DNA of 64,000 bases from Eledone cirrhosa (taxonomy: Eukaryota): the NCBI GenBank assembly GCA_964016885.1, contig OZ024743.1, forward strand, positions 101,990,001 to 102,054,000. Direction: 5' to 3'. The first letter of the stretch is position 1. Each line of letters starts with the position of its first letter. Below, in pieces: positions 55,620 through 64,000 of this stretch. The translations under genes and the position numbers were made by a program. Under the pieces are notes generated by a model. It saw only the letters and a program-made list of their open reading frames with translations, was not told where the DNA came from and searched no databases.

Positions 55620-58600
55620 ATAACTTTGAATAACTTTGAAATGTTTTGGCCAGTATTGGCCCAGGCCATGTCTAACTTAATAGCACCCCCTGGCGAAGTC
55701 TTTCAATTCAGGATTTGGGCACCCTGGCCCATTCGAGAAGAGAGAATTACTGTTTGCTGAGACATATCCGAGTGTGGTTGGTTTGTCCGGGATTACTTGG
55801 AGGTATTTGTCCAAAGACTTCTTGAATTGTGTGTGGTCAGTTTCTGTTTTGACGTGTCCTGGTGTAATGTTGAAGAGAGCAGGGCCAATTGAGGTGAAAT
55901 AATTGTGCCGTATTGTTTTTATGAGTTGCGATTTAGATTTTTGTTTGGGACGGATAGCACAGGGCCCAAGCCTTGGGTTTATTTTGAAGGTGATGCACAG
56001 AACATTTGGGCAGTGCTGATGAAACATTTTCCACATCATGCAGATAATATAACGCTCACGGCGACGTTGGAGTGAGTAAAGTTTCAGCTTTTCTAGTCGA
56101 CCCCAGTAGTCAAGGTCTGACATGCCATCTATCTTTTTCGTGATTGCCCTTTGGGGAGCTTCAAGTTTCATGATACTTTGTTTCGTGTGGGAGACCACAG
56201 TGGACAACAGTATTCAAGGTGTGGTCGGGCAAAAGTGGAGAAGAGAAGGATAATTTTGTGGGAATCTCTCGACTGGAAGGTTCTGAGGATCCAGGAACAC
56301 ATTCTGCGGGCCATGTCAACTTTGCTGCTTATATGCGTGGCCCAGATTATGTTGCTGTCCACGGTTACTCCCAAGTCTCTGATGTTGTTAGATTCCACTA
56401 GAGTTTCACCGGAAGGAAGGGAGTACGGGAGTTTCAGAGCATCCTCTTTTCCAAGGTGGATCAGTTCCAATTTGTCTTCATTCAGTAACATGTTGTTCTT
56501 TTCCGCCCATTGGGTAACAGCCAGTAGGTCTGACTGAAGGCTTATCTGGTCATCCGCGCCATTGATGACCTTTTGAAGCTTGGAATCATCAGCGAAAATT
56601 CTAATGTTGCTGTTTGATGATATCAGTGATGTCATTAATATAGATGATGAAGAGAAGTGGGCCCAACACAGTGCCTTGTGGACCCCACTACTGACTTTGG
56701 CTAGGCTGGATTTTACTCCTTCAACTACAACATGTTGGGTTCTGTTTGACAGGAAGCTCTTGATCCACTGCAGCAGCTTTCCAGTGACACCAATATTGGA
56801 CTGCTTTCTCAGTAGAATGTTCTGATCAACCCTGTCAAAGGCCTTGCTGAAATCAAGATAGATAACATCAGTGTTGGAACCCTCTCCCAAGGCTCTCAAA
56901 ATGTCATCAAAGTGATGCAGTAGCTGCGTCAGTCAATCCCTTCCATTATGGAATCCATGCTGGTTGGAGTTCAGCATATTGTTACTCTCAAGGAAGTGAG
57001 TCATTCGCGATCTCACCACTCTCTCAAATACCTTAATGATATGAGAGGTGAGTGAGATTAGACGGTAATTCACGGCAAGGGATTTGTTTCCTTTTTTGAA
57101 AACTGGGACAACAGACCTGGATAGAAGGTTTTCTGGCACATATCCAGCATCCAGTGAGTGCCGCCACAGATTGGCAAGAGGAGATGCAAGTTGGTGTTGA
57201 CACGCCTTCAAGACACAAGCAGGGAACCTATCGGGACCTACTGCTGAATTATGCTTGATTTCCTTTATTACCGCTAAGACATCAGGGGCGCCAAACGTTA
57301 TGTCCGATAAGGTGTAATGCGGAGTAACATCGCCGATACAGCCCAGATCGGCCATATCAGGATTGCTGAAAACAGAGCAGTATTGTTTCTGCAGTATCTC
57401 ACCCATGGTTTTAGCATTGTCTTGAAGAGTGCCATTTTCATCAATTAGAGGGCCAACAGTAGAGCCAGTGATTTTGTGTTTTTTTGCAAATGAAAAGAAC
57501 ATTTGGGATTGGGTTTGATCTTCTCAATGGCCCAGGCCTCTTCAGCTCTTCTCTGATTGTTGATGATAGACATCATATTGTTTTGGAGGTTATGTTTTTT
57601 AGCCTCTAGTAATGAAATGGCAGTCAAGTTGATGTGTTGCTGCTGACAGTATTTCAGCTTGTTGATTTTTTTGTTAGTTCTCTTAATTTTCCTGATGAGC
57701 GTTTTTTATATTTCTAGGGATTCTGCTCTTAGATTTGTTTATAGTTCTTAATGGGGTGTGTTTTGCACATATGTTTGTAACAGTGTCCACAAATGTCTTC
57801 CAGGACTTGTTGATGTTAGTGGGTGTGTGAGTGTGCGTGAAGGACCAGTCGACATGTGCAAGATCATGACTGATCGCTTCCCAGTTTGAATTGTGGAAAT
57901 CCATAGCGTCAAACGGATGGACAGGAGAGATGACATTGGGTTTGTATATTGGATGGTGGAATCTCAGATCACAGAGAACCATGTCATGATCAGAGAGTAG
58001 AGTTTTCTCCACTGCAATATTGTGGATAGTGTCAGTGTGATTGCAGAAAATTAAGTCTAGGACGTTTTTGTGGCACCTCGTTGATTCGAGCACCAGTTGG
58101 GACAGGAAGAAATCATCCATGAAGTCAAGAAGCGATTCCACTGCTTCCCTGTCAGAGGTTGAGGCAGAAGAAACTGGTGGTAGGCTGTTTGTGGACCAGT
58201 CAACTCCGGGGAGGTTGAAGTCCCCCATCATTAAGATGTTGTCAGGGTGACACTCTTGGATGAAACACTTTATGCTGTTGAGGCATTCCTTGAAGCATGG
58301 TAGAGGCGTTTGGGGTGGCCTATAGAGCCCAACTACTATTAGGTTGTTGGTTTGACGGAATACAGTGACTGCTTCGCAGTATCCATTAGCAAATATGTAC
58401 ATAGCCTCTGTTGAGAAAGAATTATGGACATAAATGGCAGTCCCACCCTTTCTTCTGTCAGCGCGATCAGCACGGATGGCTTTGAAATGTTTTACATTCA
58501 CCTCGGCTTCCAAGTGGAGGTTACTGAGATGGGTTTCAGTGAGGACGAAGAAAGGGATGTGGTTTGGATGGACATCAACTCAGTGCTCCAGGAATTTGAT

Positions 58601-58990
58601 CTTCCATTTTTGAGTATTGGTGGAAGGGCTGATGCCTTGGGCGTTAAGCAAAAATGTTGAGGCGAGAGTGGATGGTTTTAATTGTTTTGGTGTGTTGTTA
58701 ATTTGTTTGTTTGTTAATGGCAGCATGGGAGTTTGTGCAGTGGGGTGATAGTGGAGGATGGTGCTGGGTGATAGCTCGAATGTTTTTTTTCCAGTTCTTT
58801 TGCCAGATTCATTATGGCTAAAAAAGAGGAAGAAGTTTCCTGTTTAGGAGACTGTTGATGACTGTGTTAGTGATTATTTTTATGTAGGTTATGGTTTTTG
58901 TTTTTGCTTTTATTTTTATTTTGATTTTTATTTTTATTTGTCCCACGAGTCCTCGGAGATGGGTAAAGGGACAATCCCGGTGTAAATACA
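55620..58990 (-). mobile_element. CR1-type LINE pseudogene: APE endonuclease + reverse transcriptase, with possible ORF1 remnant
   Basis: LNAQG, LTETHL, GDFNLP, LDLIF, SDHD (APE); NYRLISLTS, QHGF, YLDFSKAFD, FADD, DLGV, RPHLEYC (RT); several frameshifts; 3' TTCAAAGTTA x2. Confidence 0.92.
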
Positions 58991-59000
58991 ATCTGTCTCG

Positions 59001-59265
59001 CTGGAAAGTGATGGGCTCCGCCACATTTTAAAATACGCCTACGGATCCTTCAGAAGTTAAGGACCTTTTTTTTCCTTTCAATGGTGAAAAAATAAGATCG
59101 GTTTTCTCTTATATAGATTTAGACTATATTATACATGGTTACCAGTTATGTAGTCGGTATTATGTTTATTTCTTCTAGAAATACAAAAATCCTCATAGAA
59201 ATAATGATGGTATGCAAAACAAATACACTTCAGGTAACTGAATTGTATTTGTTAAGTTGTTAAAT
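59001..59265. repeat. ~265 bp direct duplicate of 60655-60918
   Basis: TGGAAAGTGATGGGCTCCGCCACATTTT...GTTAAGTTGTTAAATT near-identical. Confidence 0.85.
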
Positions 59266-60131
59266 TCATTAAAATTTATTATCTCTTGAATTTTCTCGTA
59301 CCAACAAATGGAGCTCCATCAGTTTCGACGCTGAATGTTACAGTTGCTTAATCAACAGAAAAGCTTAATCATTACATTGCTCGGAGAAATTAGATTTGAC
59401 GCTTTATGTGTGACGAGATTGATCCTTTGAATTACCTTAGCATGGAATCTTGTACATGCTGGTAAGATATACATAGGATGCCAAAGCAACGATCAATGAC
59501 CATTAAGCAAGATCACATTTGACCAAATTCTATTAGGAGTATTGATATTTCATTAATTGATTGTCATTTCATAGCAACTAATTAAGACACTGTTGATATG
59601 TTATCAGAGTTTGCTTGTATATATATGTGTTTGTATGCATGTATGAATGTACGTATTTTCGTATGTATATGATTACACACACACACACACATATATATGT
59701 GTGTGTGTATGTGTGTGTGTTTTTATATATATATATATGTTCGTACGTATATATGTGTGGTTTTGTGTATATATGTTTTGTGTGTTTCTGTTTATTTTGG
59801 CAACCTGTGGTTAGAACCATCAAATGAAAAGACCAATTAAGTTATTGTTTGTTTGATCGGATGTGACGATTAGCTGTGTTTGTGTGCGTGCGTCTGTCGG
59901 TCTGTCTCGGTTTTGTTTATTAACCAGATGTAAAGAGTTTTCATATGCACTTAATATTTTGTATTGGGAAGTTTCGAGGTTTGGCATCATCAAAGTACAA
60001 TGTATATCAAAATGTATATGTGAGAAAGATATGAGTGAAAGGAAGGGAGATAATTGGCGTTGGATTAATATCGATATTTATAGCGAATGCAAATAATTTA
60101 TACACGTTCAAATACATAGACACATACGCTA

Positions 60132-60192
<61 letters not shown>

Positions 60193-60456
60193 TACAACTA
60201 CAGCCCTATACATAAATGGCTGATTAACTACACGCGTACTTTTTCAAGAAAAACCTGTTCCCTTCCATCCTCTTCTCACTCTCTTTATCATCTTTTATTT
60301 CTCATTTTATATTCTGATGAGACACTTGTGTCGGAAACATAATTACTTTTTTTCCTACTATATCAAGCATTAAACTACAATATTTCGGTATTGAGCTCTG
60401 TTGTTAGCTTTATTGTTTCCATTTACATTTTACGCACGCCCGCGTGCACACACATG

Positions 60457-60578
<122 letters not shown>

Positions 60579-60922
60579 CATACATACATACATACATACA
60601 AACATATACATATATATGCGGGGAGAGGTCTGTCTCTAAGTGCATGTTTCGAGATGGAAAGTGATGGGCTCCGCCACATTTTAAAATACGCCTACGGAAC
60701 CTTCAGAAGTTAAAGACCTTTTTTTTCCTTTCAAAGGTGAAAAACTAACACCTGTTTCCTCTTATATAGATTTAGACTATATTATACATGGTTACAAGTT
60801 ATGTAGTCGGTATTATGTTTATTTCTCCTAGAAATACAAAAATCCTCATAGAAATAATGATGGTATGCAAAACAAATACACTTCAGGTAACGGAATTGTA
60901 TTTGTTAAGTTGTTAAATTATG

Positions 60923-61013
<91 letters not shown>

Positions 61014-61129
61014 GATATATAGAGATAGAAATTGAAATATATATAGAAATAGAAAATGCAACTGTAGTCTTTTAATATCATTTATTTATTATTTTTTCAA
61101 AAGTAACATTGAGATGGATTGTTTGTCCC

Positions 61130-61329
<200 letters not shown>

Positions 61330-61351
61330 CATATATATATATATATATAAT

Positions 61352-61423
<72 letters not shown>

Positions 61424-61503
61424 CATATATATATATATATATAAAATATTAAACAAATAATGAATAAAACAATGAAACAGTTCCTTATATTAAACAAAAA
61501 AAG

Positions 61504-61657
61504 TTCATTATTTAACGATCGTTTCTAGGATATATATGTGTTAGAATTGGCATGCATATTCAACAGATCTATGTACAAAATTATACAAAATTATACAAAC
61601 TATCAAGATTAAATATACATACCAACACATATATACGCCGTCTTCAGAAATAATGAA
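61504..61657 (-). ncRNA. Type I hammerhead with 10 bp stem I and 115 nt stem II domain
   Basis: TTCATTATTT CTGAAGA ..TATATATGTGTT...AACACATATATA.. GAAA CGATCG TT AAATAATGAA. Confidence 0.75.
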
Positions 61658-62287
61658 ATATATTTATTGATAATAACAACAATTCAAAATTTCAGGTCCG
61701 TTTGGGAACAAAATTGACCAATGAAAATACAAAAGGTTTAATGCAGTTCGGTGTGTGTATATACATGTAACTACCCTTACACATATTTTACAAAAATGTA
61801 TGCTCAACTTGTATACGCATACCAAAAGGATGGATGCAAATACAAAATTTCAAGGTTAATGTCTCTGTAAGTTTATAATGCACAGATAAGATGCGTATAG
61901 ACACATAAATATGAAATAAGTGTATACACATATTCTCATACTCACACATATCCGTACAATCACACACACACGCGCGTATATGCATAAACATACACAAAAC
62001 TACGAACATACAAACACACACACACCCCCACTCACATATATATATGTGGATATAAAATCCTAAGCACATGGATATTAATTCACTCACATAAACACTGGCA
62101 CACACATTTAGATCAAGATACAGAAATTAGGTGGGAGGGGGGGGGGAGAGGTCAGTATTCAACGGTTTGGGCAGACTGCTTATTATAGATGTATCTATAA
62201 ACTAAGAAAATAAAAAATAATAAATAATAAATAAACATTAAAAAGGAAAGAAAAGAAAAAGAAAAAAGAAAAAAGAAATATATCAAG

Positions 62288-62289
<2 letters not shown>

Positions 62290-62333
<44 letters not shown>

Positions 62334-62475
62334 CATATATATACATATATATATACATATATATACAAACACATACATACATATACACACATCCACACTT
62401 AGAACATACATACACACACATATATAAACATATACATATACACACATACATACATATACACACATACATATAAAT

Positions 62476-62544
<69 letters not shown>

Positions 62545-62821
62545 TACACATATAATCACACATACTATATAGACACACATATATATACACACATACACGC
62601 ACATATACATACACTTACATACTTATATACATACAGATATACACATACATACCTATATATACACACAAATACATACAGACATACATACATACATACAGAC
62701 AAATACTTACGCATCCATATATCGGTATATACATACAAACACCACTACACTCTCACACAACTCAGACATACAAAGAAAAAGGTATATACCTATACACATA
62801 TACATATACAAATAGAGAAAC

Positions 62822-62884
<63 letters not shown>

Positions 62885-63078
62885 CACATACATACACATT
62901 CACATACATACACATACATACATGTACACACACATAGATATATATACATACACACATACACACATACATATATAGTCATACACACACATACACCTACACG
63001 AACATACACATACACATATATAAAGATATATATACACACACATACACACATACACACACACACATATATATAAAATAA

Positions 63079-63129
<51 letters not shown>

Positions 63130-63458
63130 CATATACATACACACATACATAGACATATATGTACATACATACACATACATACATACATACACACACATAC
63201 AAACATATATATATACACACATAGACATATACATACATACACACACAACATACATACACACACATATATACTCATACATAGAATTAGATATATATTCATA
63301 CATACATACGCACTTACATATACTCATATATACAAATACATACGCATCCATATATGCGTATATACATAGAAACACCACTACACCCTCACACAACTCAGAC
63401 ATACAAAGAAAAAGGCATATACATATACATATATACACGCATTAATAGAGATATATAT

Positions 63459-63497
<39 letters not shown>

Positions 63498-63706
63498 CAC
63501 TTATATATATAGACCCACACACACATACAACCATAAATACACATACAAACACCCACATATACATATATATACACATATATATATATACACACACATAAAA
63601 AACAGACATGCACATATATATTTTTTTACACATATATATACACATATATATACATATACACACCCTCACATATACACACATACACATAAGTTATATTATA
63701 ATAATA

Positions 63707-63749
<43 letters not shown>

Positions 63750-64000
63750 CGAATATAGACATATATACACACATAGATATATATATATATATACACATAC
63801 ATATACACACACACATACACACACTCACATATATATGTGTGTGCACACACACATATATACACATACACACATATACACGTAAACACATATATGTGTATAC
63901 ATGCACATACACACATATATCCACATAGATACGAAGATAGACATATAAATAGAGAGACATACATATATATACACACACATATATACATACATACATACAC
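62290..64000. repeat. Degenerate (CA/TA) low-complexity field with a duplicated ~80 bp island (62708-62785, 63341-63420)
   Basis: TACGCATCCATATAT..ACCACTACAC..CAACTCAGACATACAAAGAAAAAGG occurs twice, ~633 bp apart. Confidence 0.85.

Overview
AT-rich, microsatellite-saturated animal (eukaryotic) DNA with no host protein-coding exon that I can support. The tRNA-derived SINE families resemble those I know from octopod cephalopods (inference, not a database result). Nearly all ORF-track entries are translations of (TA)n/(CA)n/(GA)n. Real coding remnants are retroelement pseudogenes: an R4/Dong-type RLE LINE in (TAA)n (25401-26421), a decayed Penelope-like GIY-YIG region (34945-35290), an RTE-like fragment with a twin-priming 5' inversion (54684-55394) and a CR1-type LINE (55620-58990). 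The main signal is non-coding. The short unique islands between (TA)n tracts are mostly Penelope-like/retrozyme termini carrying type I hammerhead ribozymes (stem I-CUGANGA-stem II-GAAA-usually palindromic stem III-UH-stem I). I can fold about 20 motifs from more than 10 unrelated families. They include tandem retrozyme arrays (units ~526, ~540-560 and 314 bp), hammerheads with very long (47-115 nt) stem II domains (one with compensatory changes), and recurrent U4A/U4C core variants. Insertions share a fold-back geometry with family-fixed ends, and unrelated families share an ATYGAGYNC motif 45-65 nt from the 3' end. All folds were done by eye; coordinates of degenerate repeats are approximate.
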